A stretch of DNA of 64,000 bases from Nostoc sp. (GCA_036918135.1 JBALDB010000001.1:96001-160000); one strand, 5' to 3'; positions 1-10,095 are shown, numbered from the stretch's first letter. Made by a program: numbers and translations. The notes: generated from the letters alone by a model not told the origin.

Positions 1-1
1 T

Positions 2-217
2 CAATATGATTTTGATGCATCTCTAATATTTACAAATCCTGGAGAATCACCATATTCCTTAGCTTATATTTGCTATTTAGCAGGAATTCCGATTCGTATC
101 GGTCAATCGCAGGAGTTTGGCGGCGGTGTTCTTTCCAAATGCGTGAAGCCACAACCATTAGAGTCTCTATCTTTCCAAGCACTAACTATTGTAAATGAGT
201 TATTTGAGTACAGCTAG
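2..217 (+). CDS. 3' end of a short GT9-like protein (partial, starts before the window)
   Basis: Manual translation of frame +2: QYDFDASLIFTNPGESPYSLAYICYLAGIPIRIGQSQEFGGG...EYS*. This matches the FDAAIIFT...CYLAGIPLRFGESKEF segment of the GT9 at 10096; stop TAG at 215-217. Confidence 0.75.
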   Translation, partial: QYDFDASLIFTNPGESPYSLAYICYLAGIPIRIGQSQEFGGGVLSKCVKPQPLESLSFQALTIVNELFEYS

Positions 218-286
218 AGGTGTTCGACTATATAAACTATCACCTCTTGTTGCTGAAATTAGTATTCAGAACTTAGTACTTCAACT

Positions 287-1249
287 ATGCAACCATTACG
301 CATTCTCACTTGGCATATTCATGGCAGCTATCTCTACTACTTAACTCAAAGCAATCATCAATTTTATCTGCCTGTTAAACCAGGACGACCTGAGGGTTAT
401 GGCGGTCGTTTAGGTAATTTTCCTTGGTCAGATAATGTTCATGATATTCCGGCGGTTGAAGTCAAAAATCTTAAATTTGATTGTATTTTATTTCAGTCAC
501 GACGAAATTATTTAGAAGACCAGTATGAGATTCTCTCAGAGTCGCAGCAACGACTACCGCGAATTTTTTTAGAACACGATCCACCACGAGAACATCCAAC
601 CGATACAAGCCATGTTGTAGATGATCCAAATGTTTTGCTGGTTCATGTGACCCACTTCAACCAGCTGATGTGGAATAGTAATCGCACCCCAACTCGTGTA
701 ATTGAACATGGTGTGATGGTGCCCAAAGATGTTAGTTATACGGGTGATTTAGAGAAGGGATTGGTAATAGTAAATGGTTTGCGATCGCGTGGTCGTCGTC
801 TAGGTGCTGATGTATTTGAACGTGTCCGCCAAGAAATTCCCCTAGATTTAGTTGGCATGGATTCAGAAGAACTGGATGGACTAGGCGAAATACCACATCA
901 CCAACTTCCAGCATTTGCCTCACATTACCGCTTTTTCTTTAATCCCATCCGCTACACCAGCTTAGGACTTGCTGTCTGTGAAGCAATGATGGTGGGTTTA
1001 CCAGTTATTGGATTAGCAACTACAGAAATGACTACGGTAATCAAAAATGGAGTTTCTGGCTATGTAAATACAGATTTGGAAAAGCTAATTTTCAGAATGC
1101 GCCAACTTTTAAATAACCAAAACCACGCCCAAAATCTGAGTCAAGGTGCTTTAGAAACAGCACAAAAACGCTTTAACATTCAACGTTTTACTAATGACTG
1201 GGACGAAACATTCAAATCTGTCATTAATCCTTTATCCCTAGTGCTTTAA
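287..1249 (+). CDS. Glycosyltransferase family 4 (GT-B fold)
   Basis: 320-aa ORF with a C-terminal GT4-like motif, SLGLAVCEAMMVGLPVI...VIKNGVSGY. Confidence 0.85.
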   Translation: MQPLRILTWHIHGSYLYYLTQSNHQFYLPVKPGRPEGYGGRLGNFPWSDNVHDIPAVEVKNLKFDCILFQSRRNYLEDQYEILSESQQRLPRIFLEHDPPREHPTDTSHVVDDPNVLLVHVTHFNQLMWNSNRTPTRVIEHGVMVPKDVSYTGDLEKGLVIVNGLRSRGRRLGADVFERVRQEIPLDLVGMDSEELDGLGEIPHHQLPAFASHYRFFFNPIRYTSLGLAVCEAMMVGLPVIGLATTEMTTVIKNGVSGYVNTDLEKLIFRMRQLLNNQNHAQNLSQGALETAQKRFNIQRFTNDWDETFKSVINPLSLVL

Positions 1250-1342
1250 CAAATGACAAAGCGCAAAGTCTGAGCGGAGGTTTCCTCCGAACAGAACTTT
1301 GTAAGAGAGGACGATTGACAAATGACTAGTAACTAATAACTA

Positions 1343-3412
1343 ATGACTAAATCCATTGCCCTAATAAGCGAACATGCCTCACCCATTGGCACCTTTGGGG
1401 GTGTAGATAGCGGCGGTCAAAATGTATATGTAGGACAGCTAGCTAAACATCTGGTTGCCTTAGGCTATAAAGTTGATATTTTTACCAGACGAGACAGCGA
1501 AGAATTGCCAGAAATCATCCAATGGATGGATAACATTCAGGTAATTAATGTCCCTGCTGGGCCTGCTAAGTACGTGCGAAAAGAAGACATGCTTCCGTAC
1601 ATGGAAGAATTTACTGCTTATATCCTAAATTTTTGCCAAAAGCCTCCTGAATCTACTCAAGAAAAGGATAGTTTATGCATTTGCCAGAAAACACCAAAAT
1701 ACGACTTAATCCATGCAAATTTCTGGATGTCAGCATTGGTAGGGGCAGAAATTAAACGGGTCTTAAGTATACCTCTTGTTGTTACATTTCACGCTCTCGG
1801 TCGTGTGCGTCGCTTCTGGCAAGGTGATACAGACGAATTCCCCGATCGCCGCTTTGTTATAGAAGACCGGATTGTTGCAGAAGCAGACCACATCATTGCT
1901 GAATGTCCTCAAGACGAGCAAGACCTACTGTGTCTTTATAATGCTGACAAAGAAAAAATTACCATTATTCCCTGTGGCTTCGATCCGAGTGAATTTTGGC
2001 AAGTGAATCAAACTACAGCCCGGAAAAAGCTTGGTTTACCTCTGAATGAGAATCTGATTCTCCAACTGGGGCGTTTAGTACCACGTAAAGGAGTTGATAC
2101 GGTAATTCGTGCTTTTGGATGCCTTGTTAAAGAGTATGGCATTCCCACAAGACTATTAATTGTTGGGGGAGAATCAGAAGAACCAGACCCCCAACTCACA
2201 CCAGAAATAAATCGTTTACAGATTATTGCTAGTGAAGAAGGCATTGAATCGCAGGTGACTTTTGTTGGTCGTCGCCACCGGGAAGTACTCAAGTATTATT
2301 ACAGTGCCTCGGATGTATTAGTGACAACTCCTTGGTATGAACCGTTTGGAATTACGCCTGTAGAGGCAATGGCTTGTGGAACACCTGTAATTGGTTCTAA
2401 AGTCGGTGGAATTAAGTTTACTGTCCAAGATGGTGAAACTGGGTATCTTGTAGCGCCAAACGATCCTGATGCGATCGCCGAACGAATTGCCCACCTCTAC
2501 AAAAATCCTCAAGTACTTCATCGCTTAAAGGGTCAGGCAATACAACGCGCTCATCAGATGTTTACTTGGAAACAAGTAACGAGTGCTGTTGCTGCTCTTT
2601 ATGAGGAAGTTATAAATACAGCAAAAAACAAGCAAATAAGGAGAACAAAACAAGAATGGCAAATGCTTCCTTACACGCAGACAGTTCACACTTTGCAAGA
2701 AGCCAGCTTACCAATATCTACAATCAAGGAAACCCTAGTTTCCGCTGCTCACAGGTTTGAGTTTTTGAGAATCTCCGAATTCGATAAAAGAGGCGATCGC
2801 TATATTAACGAATTTTCAGACTTTCACCATTCTTCCCCATCTTTGAGCCTAATCGATCGCAGCTTTGCAACTGCAATTTCCGCAATCGAGAAATCTCGGC
2901 AAACTCTTGCACCTGTAATTTTGGAAGCAGCCGCAGCTATTAGCACTTGTTTTGCTTTAGGTGGTAAGGTGCTTGTTTGCGGCAACGGAGGCAGTGCAGC
3001 AGATGCCCAACATTTTGCAGCGGAATTTGTCGGTAAACTTTGTAGCTCAAATCGTCCAGGATTACCTGTAATATCACTAACAGCAGATTCATCTTTTTTG
3101 AGTGCTTGGGCAAATGATGTGGGATACGATTACGTCTTTTCTCGACAGGTAGAAACTTTTGCCAAACCGGGAGATTTATTATTAGGCATTAGTACCAGTG
3201 GGCGATCGCGCAATCTTATTGAAGCATTCAAAACTGCACGAGATGCTCATATTAACTCTATCGCTTTACTTGGCGGCGATGGTGGTGACTTGCTTCCACT
3301 AGCAGATTTAGCAGTAGTTGTTCCTGCAACCGATACCCAACGCATTCAAGAAGTGCAACATCTGGTATTGCATATTTTGTGCGAATTGGTTGAGGAGCAA
3401 GTAAGGAAGTAG
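1343..3412 (+). CDS. Fusion of an MshA/SPS-like GT4 glycosyltransferase and a C-terminal phosphoheptose isomerase (GmhA, SIS domain)
   Basis: N-part has DSGGQNVYV, GRLVPRKG and EPFGITPVEAMACG. C-part has CGNGGSAADAQHFAAEF, ISTSGRS and RIQEVQ. Confidence 0.9.
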   Translation: MTKSIALISEHASPIGTFGGVDSGGQNVYVGQLAKHLVALGYKVDIFTRRDSEELPEIIQWMDNIQVINVPAGPAKYVRKEDMLPYMEEFTAYILNFCQKPPESTQEKDSLCICQKTPKYDLIHANFWMSALVGAEIKRVLSIPLVVTFHALGRVRRFWQGDTDEFPDRRFVIEDRIVAEADHIIAECPQDEQDLLCLYNADKEKITIIPCGFDPSEFWQVNQTTARKKLGLPLNENLILQLGRLVPRKGVDTVIRAFGCLVKEYGIPTRLLIVGGESEEPDPQLTPEINRLQIIASEEGIESQVTFVGRRHREVLKYYYSASDVLVTTPWYEPFGITPVEAMACGTPVIGSKVGGIKFTVQDGETGYLVAPNDPDAIAERIAHLYKNPQVLHRLKGQAIQRAHQMFTWKQVTSAVAALYEEVINTAKNKQIRRTKQEWQMLPYTQTVHTLQEASLPISTIKETLVSAAHRFEFLRISEFDKRGDRYINEFSDFHHSSPSLSLIDRSFATAISAIEKSRQTLAPVILEAAAAISTCFALGGKVLVCGNGGSAADAQHFAAEFVGKLCSSNRPGLPVISLTADSSFLSAWANDVGYDYVFSRQVETFAKPGDLLLGISTSGRSRNLIEAFKTARDAHINSIALLGGDGGDLLPLADLAVVVPATDTQRIQEVQHLVLHILCELVEEQVRK

Positions 3413-3489
3413 AGAAAGAATTATCCTTTCTCTCTGCGTCTGGGCGTGAGATTTTGATTCATCAACAGCAAAAACAAAAGGAGAAAACA

Positions 3490-4215
3490 ATGGAAGAACT
3501 CAAAAATAAAGTAGTACTAGTAACAGGAGGCGGACGCGGATTAGGTGAAACTGTTTGCCACACTTTAGCCTCAGCTGGTGCTAGCGTTGTTGTCGCAGAT
3601 ATTCGAGATGAGTTAGCGCAGAAAGTAGCTGGCGAAATTCAAGCGAATAACTTGCAAGCAATGCCATTGATAATCGACGTTACCGATGAAGCACAAGCAG
3701 AAACAGCTATCGAGAAGATTGTTTCCCAGTACGGACATTTGGATGCTCTGATTAATAATGCTGGAACAGATGTAACCCTCTCAATTGAGGAGCTTTCCAT
3801 TCAAGATTGGGACAGAATTCTAGCAGTTAACCTCCGCGCTCCCTTTATCTTGTCAAAGTTTGCTTTACCTGTGATGAAAAAACAAGGTAGCGGTCATATC
3901 ATTAATATATCTTCCACAGCAGCCAAGCGTGCTTGGGCAAATGCTTCCGCTTATCATGCCAGTAAATGGGGACTTTTGGGCTTTAGTCACGCCCTGCATG
4001 TAGAAGCACGTCCTCACAACGTCAAAGTTACAGCTTTAATTGCTGGCGGAATGCAAACGCCATTTTTACTAGACCGATTCCCAGATATTGATGTCAACAA
4101 GTTGCAAAATCCCAAAAACGTCGCCCAAACGATTCGATTTTTGCTATCAACACCAGAAGGAACAGTTATACCTGAGATGACAGTTATACCGATGGGTGAG
4201 AGTTCTTGGCCTTAA
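3490..4215 (+). CDS. Classical SDR oxidoreductase
   Basis: TGGGRGLG, NNAG and YHASK motifs. ATG at 3490 preceded by AGGAG is preferred to the TTG at 3454. Confidence 0.9.
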   Translation: MEELKNKVVLVTGGGRGLGETVCHTLASAGASVVVADIRDELAQKVAGEIQANNLQAMPLIIDVTDEAQAETAIEKIVSQYGHLDALINNAGTDVTLSIEELSIQDWDRILAVNLRAPFILSKFALPVMKKQGSGHIINISSTAAKRAWANASAYHASKWGLLGFSHALHVEARPHNVKVTALIAGGMQTPFLLDRFPDIDVNKLQNPKNVAQTIRFLLSTPEGTVIPEMTVIPMGESSWP

Positions 4216-4305
4216 TTGTCTTTTGTCCTTTGTTATTTGTAAAAGACCAATGACCAATGACTAATGACTAATGACTGATGACTAATGATCAATGACCAAT
4301 GACCA
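4216..4305. repeat. Heptamer tandem repeats (AATGAC[C/T] type, STRR-like) preceded by a few inverted TTTGTC-like units
   Basis: About 9 degenerate AATGACY units lead directly into the next start codon. Confidence 0.85.
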
Positions 4306-4872
4306 ATGATCAATCAAGCGGTCTTTATAGATAAAGATGGAACTCTAATTGAGGATGTACCTTACAACGTCGATCCTAATTTGATTCAACTAACACCAGG
4401 TGCGATCGCAGCATTACAAATACTGCAAAAATTAGCATACAAATTGATTGTAATTAGCAATCAATCAGGTGTAGCACGGGGTTATTTTCATGAATCTCAG
4501 TTGGTGGTAGTAAAGGAACGCTTGCTCGAACTTTTATCAAAGCAAGGTGTAACACTAGATGATTTTTACTACTGCCCACATTATCCAGATGGTGTAGTGC
4601 CAGAATATGCAATTACTTGTGAGTGTCGCAAACCCGAACCAGGATTAATTCTGCGTGCAGCTTGCGAACACAATGTTGATTTAGAAAATTCTTGGTTTAT
4701 TGGCGATATCCTCAATGATGTTGAAGCTGGTCATCGTGCTGGGTGTAAAGCAATTCTAATTGACAATGGCAATGAAACTGAGTGGCAGATGTCTCCGATA
4801 CGAATACCAGACTATATTGTTGCTGACTTAGAGACAGCAGCACAAGTGATTAAAAAGAACTTCCCAAAATGA
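4306..4872 (+). CDS. gmhB: D,D-heptose 1,7-bisphosphate phosphatase (HAD-IIIA)
   Basis: DKDGTL, SNQSGVARG, CPH...CECRKPEPG and IGD...D motifs; lies next to hldE. Confidence 0.85.
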   Translation: MINQAVFIDKDGTLIEDVPYNVDPNLIQLTPGAIAALQILQKLAYKLIVISNQSGVARGYFHESQLVVVKERLLELLSKQGVTLDDFYYCPHYPDGVVPEYAITCECRKPEPGLILRAACEHNVDLENSWFIGDILNDVEAGHRAGCKAILIDNGNETEWQMSPIRIPDYIVADLETAAQVIKKNFPK

Positions 4873-4875
4873 GTT

Positions 4876-6522
4876 ATGAATTATCATGCTTTCAACTTTC
4901 AGCATTCCGCACATTTAAATTGCTTACTAGATGCAGTCACGAATTTAAATGTGATAGTTATCGGTGATGCGATACTTGATTGTTATTTAGAAGGATTTAG
5001 CGATCGCATTTGCCGAGAAGCCCCTGTTCCTGTTGTTAATCTTACCAACATAGAGTACATTCCTGGTGGAGCTGCTAATACTGCTGTTAATGTCCGCAGT
5101 ATTGGTGGTAATGTATCATTTATATCAGTAATTGGAGATGACTGGGAAGGTTCTTTATTACGGCAAGCACTTTCACGTCGTGGCGTTTCTACAAAACATT
5201 TGATTATCCAACCAGGCAGACATACTCTTGCTAAACAACGGGTAATGGCGGCTTCACAAATATTAGTCAGATTTGATTCTGGTAATACAGAGGCTATTGA
5301 TGAATATGCCGAACAAACGCTGATTAATGAACTTGAGCGTAGATATTCAGAATGCGATGCGGTAATAGTCTCTGATTACGGCTATGGAATTTTGACCGAA
5401 ACAGTTGTTCAAGCGTTATCCCAACTGCAAGCACGTTATAACCGCGTCTTAATCGTTGATGCTAAAAATCTCCTCGCCTATCGCCACCTTGATATTACTG
5501 CCGTTAAACCAAACTATGAGCAGGTATTGCAATTACTAAATATCCCTTCCTTGTCCTATCTTTTGAAAGAAGGTGACGACAACATTAAATCTCGTGTTGA
5601 GCAAATCGTACCTTATGGGGATCGCATACTCGACCTTACAGGCGCAAAAATTGCTGCCGTTACCTTAGATGCTGAAGGTGGAATTATTTTTGAACGAGAT
5701 TCTCAACCACACCGCACTTATACTCAACCGACAATTCAATCGCGTACCTCTGGTGCTGGAGATACATTTACCAGCGCTCTTACCCTTGCCCTAAGTGCTG
5801 GTGCTACAACACCACTAGCAGCTGATTTTGCTGCTTCTGCCTCTGCTGTAGTTGTAGGAAAAGACGGGACAACTGCTTGTTTTGCCGAAGAACTGCGTAA
5901 TTTCTTTAATCGAGAGGTGGGGGATGAAGACATTCAGACGCAAGCAGTAAAGGAGCAAGTAGCACAGGAGAAGGGCTTCTCCCTTGCCTCGGTGCCTAGA
6001 ATCTCTGCATCTGTTGAAAGCCTAACATCGCAAAAACACATTCCTAATCTCAACCAACTACTTGCTCTTGTTACCTCTTACCGCAAAGCTGGATGCAAAA
6101 TTGTTTTCACAAATGGTTGCTTTGACATCCTCCATGCTGGACACGTTTCTTACCTCAATTGTGCTAGGGCACTAGGCGATATTTTGATTGTCGGCTTGAA
6201 CTCAGACGATAGTATCCGTCGTCTCAAAGGGTCAAGTCGTCCGATTAATTCTCTAGAAGACCGCATCCAAGTTCTCGGCGGACTCAGTTGCATTGATTAT
6301 CTGATTGCTTTTGAAGAAGACACCCCCAGCAACCTGATCCGCGTAATTCGCCCTGATATCTTTGTTAAAGGCGGTAACTACACCAAAGAAACATTACCAG
6401 AAGCGCCTTTGGTAGAGCAATTAGGTGGTGTTGTAAAATTATTGCAGTTTGTTGAAAACCGTTCCACTACCAGCATAATTGAACGCATTTGTGAACTAGC
6501 TGGAAAAGGAGTCGAGGATTAG
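4876..6522 (+). CDS. hldE: Bifunctional heptose-7-phosphate kinase / heptose-1-phosphate adenylyltransferase
   Basis: PfkB domain (REAPVPVV, PGGAANTA, GAGDTF) plus nucleotidyltransferase domain (FTNGCFDILHAGHV, GLNSDDSIRRLKG, STTSII). Confidence 0.92.
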   Translation: MNYHAFNFQHSAHLNCLLDAVTNLNVIVIGDAILDCYLEGFSDRICREAPVPVVNLTNIEYIPGGAANTAVNVRSIGGNVSFISVIGDDWEGSLLRQALSRRGVSTKHLIIQPGRHTLAKQRVMAASQILVRFDSGNTEAIDEYAEQTLINELERRYSECDAVIVSDYGYGILTETVVQALSQLQARYNRVLIVDAKNLLAYRHLDITAVKPNYEQVLQLLNIPSLSYLLKEGDDNIKSRVEQIVPYGDRILDLTGAKIAAVTLDAEGGIIFERDSQPHRTYTQPTIQSRTSGAGDTFTSALTLALSAGATTPLAADFAASASAVVVGKDGTTACFAEELRNFFNREVGDEDIQTQAVKEQVAQEKGFSLASVPRISASVESLTSQKHIPNLNQLLALVTSYRKAGCKIVFTNGCFDILHAGHVSYLNCARALGDILIVGLNSDDSIRRLKGSSRPINSLEDRIQVLGGLSCIDYLIAFEEDTPSNLIRVIRPDIFVKGGNYTKETLPEAPLVEQLGGVVKLLQFVENRSTTSIIERICELAGKGVED

Positions 6523-6572
6523 AAACTGGGGATTGGGAAAAGAGATTTTTATGATATCAGATAGATCCTTAA

Positions 6573-7709
6573 ATGACTAACTGGAACTCTGCTGAAAATA
6601 TTCTCTGCATTAGGCTGGACACAATCGGTGATGTCTTGATGACAACACCAGCAATCCGGGCGCTAAAAGCATCAAACCCTCGCCGTCAAGTTACACTGCT
6701 AACTTCCTCTGCGGGTGCAGCAGTTGCCTCACTTGTACCAGAAATCGACCGAGTGATGGTCTACGATGCACCTTGGTTAAAAGCAACAGCACCACGATTA
6801 AATAGCCGTCCTGAGTATGAAATGGCAGAATACTTGCGAGATTTTAAGTTTGATGGTGTTGTAATTTTTACTGTGTACAGTCAAAATCCTTTACCCTCAG
6901 CATTCCTGTGCTACTTAGCAGATATTCCCTTACGGCTGGCTCACTGTCATGAAAATCCTTACCAGTTGCTCACAGATTGGGTAAAAGACCCAGAACCAGA
7001 AAATTTGATCCGTCATGAGGTGCGTCGGCAACTGGACTTAATTAGCACAATTGGCTCTTATGTAGATGACGAAAGATTATCTTTGCATGTCCCAGAAGAA
7101 GTTTTAGCAGTAGTGGATGGCATTCTCCAAAAACTAGACGTAGACAAACAGCGTCCTTTGGTGGTGATTCACCCTGGTGCAACAGCTGCTTCGCGGCGCT
7201 ATCCACCAGAAAAATTTGCTGTAGTTGCCAAAACTCTAGTTCTGGAAATGGGTATGCAAGTAATTTTTACAGGTATTGAATCAGAACAAGAACTGGTGGC
7301 AGAAATTCAAAAGGCGATCGCAGATGATTTATCTTTATCTGTTATACCAAATGACTTTCATTCGCTGGTGGGATGTCTCAAGCTCAGTGAACTAGCAGCA
7401 CTTTTGAAACTTTCTTCTTTAGTAATTTCCAACAACTCCGGCCCGGTTCACATTGCTGCTGCTGTTAATACACCAGTTGTAGATTTATACGCTCTGACTA
7501 ATCCTCAGCATACTCCTTGGGGTATTCCCCATCGCGTGTTATTCCATGATGTTCCCTGCAAATATTGTTATAAAAGCATTTGTCCTGAGGGACATCATGA
7601 ATGTCTACGTCTGGTAACACCGGAATCTGTGGTTAATGCTGCGTGTGAATTACTAGCTGCTACGCAAAGTCAAGAATCAGAAGTAATTGATTTTGCCCTT
7701 AACCCTTGA
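6573..7709 (+). CDS. Glycosyltransferase family 9 (heptosyltransferase II-like)
   Basis: RLDTIGDVLMTTPA, HPGA, NNSGPVHIAAAV and C-terminal Cys cluster CKYCYKSIC. Confidence 0.9.
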   Translation: MTNWNSAENILCIRLDTIGDVLMTTPAIRALKASNPRRQVTLLTSSAGAAVASLVPEIDRVMVYDAPWLKATAPRLNSRPEYEMAEYLRDFKFDGVVIFTVYSQNPLPSAFLCYLADIPLRLAHCHENPYQLLTDWVKDPEPENLIRHEVRRQLDLISTIGSYVDDERLSLHVPEEVLAVVDGILQKLDVDKQRPLVVIHPGATAASRRYPPEKFAVVAKTLVLEMGMQVIFTGIESEQELVAEIQKAIADDLSLSVIPNDFHSLVGCLKLSELAALLKLSSLVISNNSGPVHIAAAVNTPVVDLYALTNPQHTPWGIPHRVLFHDVPCKYCYKSICPEGHHECLRLVTPESVVNAACELLAATQSQESEVIDFALNP

Positions 7710-7722
7710 CTTTTGACTTTTG

Positions 7723-7903
7723 ATATCAAGTTCGGTCTTTTTGGGAATTGGTAATTGCTAATTGGTAATAGGTAATTGGGAATTGGGAAAAAGAAGGTTT
7801 ACCCATTACCCATTCCCCATTACCCATTACCCATTCATGCTGAGCAAAGCCGAAGCATTACCGACCCTCACAGATATCATAAGTATTCAACTGAAGATGA
7901 TAT
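7723..7903. mobile_element. MITE-like element with nested inverted heptamer arrays
   Basis: Imperfect terminal inverted repeats ATATCAAGTTCGG / CTGAAGATGATAT. Interior has GGTAATT-like units facing ATTACCC units. GACTTTTG occurs on both flanks. Confidence 0.55.
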
Positions 7904-7933
7904 GACTTTTGATTTCCCCAAAGGGGCTGACTT

Positions 7934-8752
7934 ATGACTGTCGATATTTTAATTCCTACCTATAATCGCCCAGCTGCTTTGGCTGTTACTCTCACAAGTT
8001 TGATAGCCCAGACTTACCACGATTTCCGCATTGTTATTTCTGACCAAACTGAAGACAGTAACCCTGTAGAAAGTGGTGAAGTTCAAGCGGTTTTACGGGT
8101 ACTTCATGCTCACGGTCATAGTATAACAGTTCATAAACACTTACCCCGTCGAGGCATTGCAGAACAACGACAATTTTTGCTAGAGCAAGCAACGGCTCCC
8201 TATGTTCTTTTCGTTGATGATGACTTGATTTTAGAACCTTATGTAGTTGAACGAATGCTCACAGCTATTAAAGAAGAAAGCTGTGGTTTCGTTGGTAGTT
8301 CATTTATCGGACTCAGCTTTATTAATGATGTTCGCCTTCACGAGCAAAAAATCGAGTTTTGGGAAGGACAAGTTCAACCGGAGATAGTCAAATCTGAGAC
8401 ACGGGAATGGGAGCGCTGGCGTTTGCATAACGCTGCTAATCTTTACCATCTCCAGCAAAGGCTGGGTCTAACTCCCGCTCAACAGCGTAAATACCGCGTT
8501 GCCTGGGTAAGTGGTTGCGTGATGTTTGATACTGCTAAACTTAGCCACATTGGTGGCTACTCGTTTTGGCGAGAACTTCCCCCAGAACATTGCGGTGAAG
8601 ATGTTTTAGTACAACTGCGATTGATGGCGTTATACGGTGGCTGTGCCATCATTCCTTCTGGTGTTTATCATCAAGAGTTACCAACAACAATTGTTAACCG
8701 GAATGTGCCTGCCGATAAATATCTATCTGTAACAGTTCCAAATAATTCGTGA
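7934..8752 (+). CDS. Glycosyltransferase family 2
   Basis: ILIPTYNR, FVDDD and GED motifs. Confidence 0.88.
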   Translation: MTVDILIPTYNRPAALAVTLTSLIAQTYHDFRIVISDQTEDSNPVESGEVQAVLRVLHAHGHSITVHKHLPRRGIAEQRQFLLEQATAPYVLFVDDDLILEPYVVERMLTAIKEESCGFVGSSFIGLSFINDVRLHEQKIEFWEGQVQPEIVKSETREWERWRLHNAANLYHLQQRLGLTPAQQRKYRVAWVSGCVMFDTAKLSHIGGYSFWRELPPEHCGEDVLVQLRLMALYGGCAIIPSGVYHQELPTTIVNRNVPADKYLSVTVPNNS

Positions 8753-8779
8753 ACAACAAGGGTGGGTTACTTTTTGCAG

Positions 8780-8979
8780 GTCGATGCAATGGCATTGCAG
8801 ACCGATGCATTAACAATGCTAGCCGATGCAATGGCATTGCAGACCGATGCATTAACAATGCTAGCCGATGCAATGGCATTGCAGACCGATGCATTAACAA
8901 TGCTAGCCGATGCAATGGCATTGCAGACCGATGCATTAACAATGTCAGCCGATGCAATGGCATTGCAGACCGATGCATT
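8780..8979. repeat. 42-bp tandem repeat, about 4.8 copies (two related 21-bp halves)
   Basis: Unit GCCGATGCAATGGCATTGCAGACCGATGCATTAACAATGCTA starts at 8780, 8822, 8864, 8906 and 8948 (partial); copies nearly identical. Confidence 0.95.
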
Positions 8980-9030
8980 GTACCAATTTTCTAAATTAAA
9001 GCTACAAATCATCCCCCCTGCTCCCCTGCC

Positions 9031-10089
9031 ATGATTAAAGCGAAACACTATAAAATCCTATTTGTAGAGCTACTGGGCGGAATTGGTGATGTTTTAATTG
9101 CCCTTGCTGCTATACAAGCACTTTCGCGATCGCATTCAACATCTGAACTTACAGTTTTAACTTTCTCACCAGGAGGTGAATTATTAGAAACAGACTCACT
9201 GATTAAGCGAGTTGTTTATGCTGAACCTGGGAAGGCAAAACAATCGGTTACTGAATTATTAAGTCGTGAAACTTTCGATTTGATTATCTCTGATACAAAC
9301 TACGAAGAAATCGATCGAGTTATTCAAAATAGTGGTGCGCCGCAGGTAGTAACGAATTTGTGGCGACAACCACCACCAGATGAAAGGGTAGGCGATCGCT
9401 TTGTTAAAATCCTCCTCGCAGAAGGTTTAATTATCCAAGATGCGATTGAGTCTGCACAACTACATCTGACTGCCGATGAATTAAACAAAGCCCAAAAGCT
9501 GTTTAGTCATCTCCCTCGTCCGCTTGTATTTTTCTGTCCAGATGCGGGGATGGCGATTAAGCATTGGACTAAAGCTAACTTTATTACTTTGGGTCAGATT
9601 TTACAACAACGTTGGGGCGCGACTGTAATTATCTGTGTTGGTTCTAGTGTTAGCCAGGCAACAAGTATTGTTGAAGAAATTGGTGGACAAGCGCAGATTT
9701 TACCCCGTGGGAAGTTGCGAGATTTGGCAGCTGCTTTAAGTTTTGCTGATTTAGTAGTAGCTGCTGATACTGGCCCCGCTCGAATTGCTGCCGCAGTTAA
9801 TGTACCAACAATTACTTTATTTGGGCCTTCTTGGCATGGGCGTTATGGTCAACCATTGCCTCATATTAATTTGCAAGCATATCCTGATTGTTCAGAACGG
9901 AATAACAGTAATTTTACAATGCAGCAGTGTTGGTATAGTGAGCTGTGTCCTTTAGATATGGGTTGGCAAAGTTGTATGGAAGAAATTTCTGTCAATCGGG
10001 TTTTAGCTGTTGCGGAGGGATTTTTAAACCAACCGCTAAGGACGCAAATAAAGGAAGAGGGGAAGAATTTACAAACGACTAATGACTAA
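9031..10089 (+). CDS. Glycosyltransferase family 9
   Basis: GGIGDVL and ADTGPARIAAAVNVPTITLFGPS motifs. Confidence 0.88.
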   Translation: MIKAKHYKILFVELLGGIGDVLIALAAIQALSRSHSTSELTVLTFSPGGELLETDSLIKRVVYAEPGKAKQSVTELLSRETFDLIISDTNYEEIDRVIQNSGAPQVVTNLWRQPPPDERVGDRFVKILLAEGLIIQDAIESAQLHLTADELNKAQKLFSHLPRPLVFFCPDAGMAIKHWTKANFITLGQILQQRWGATVIICVGSSVSQATSIVEEIGGQAQILPRGKLRDLAAALSFADLVVAADTGPARIAAAVNVPTITLFGPSWHGRYGQPLPHINLQAYPDCSERNNSNFTMQQCWYSELCPLDMGWQSCMEEISVNRVLAVAEGFLNQPLRTQIKEEGKNLQTTND

Positions 10090-10095
10090 TGACTA

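Noticed and set aside
8780..8979. Possible CRISPR array
   Set aside because: Units are contiguous with no unique spacers, and no cas genes are in the window.
8694..9048. Four overlapping repeat-derived ORFs as confident genes
   Set aside because: A stop-free unit whose length is a multiple of 3 opens several frames automatically; kept only as a hypothesis.
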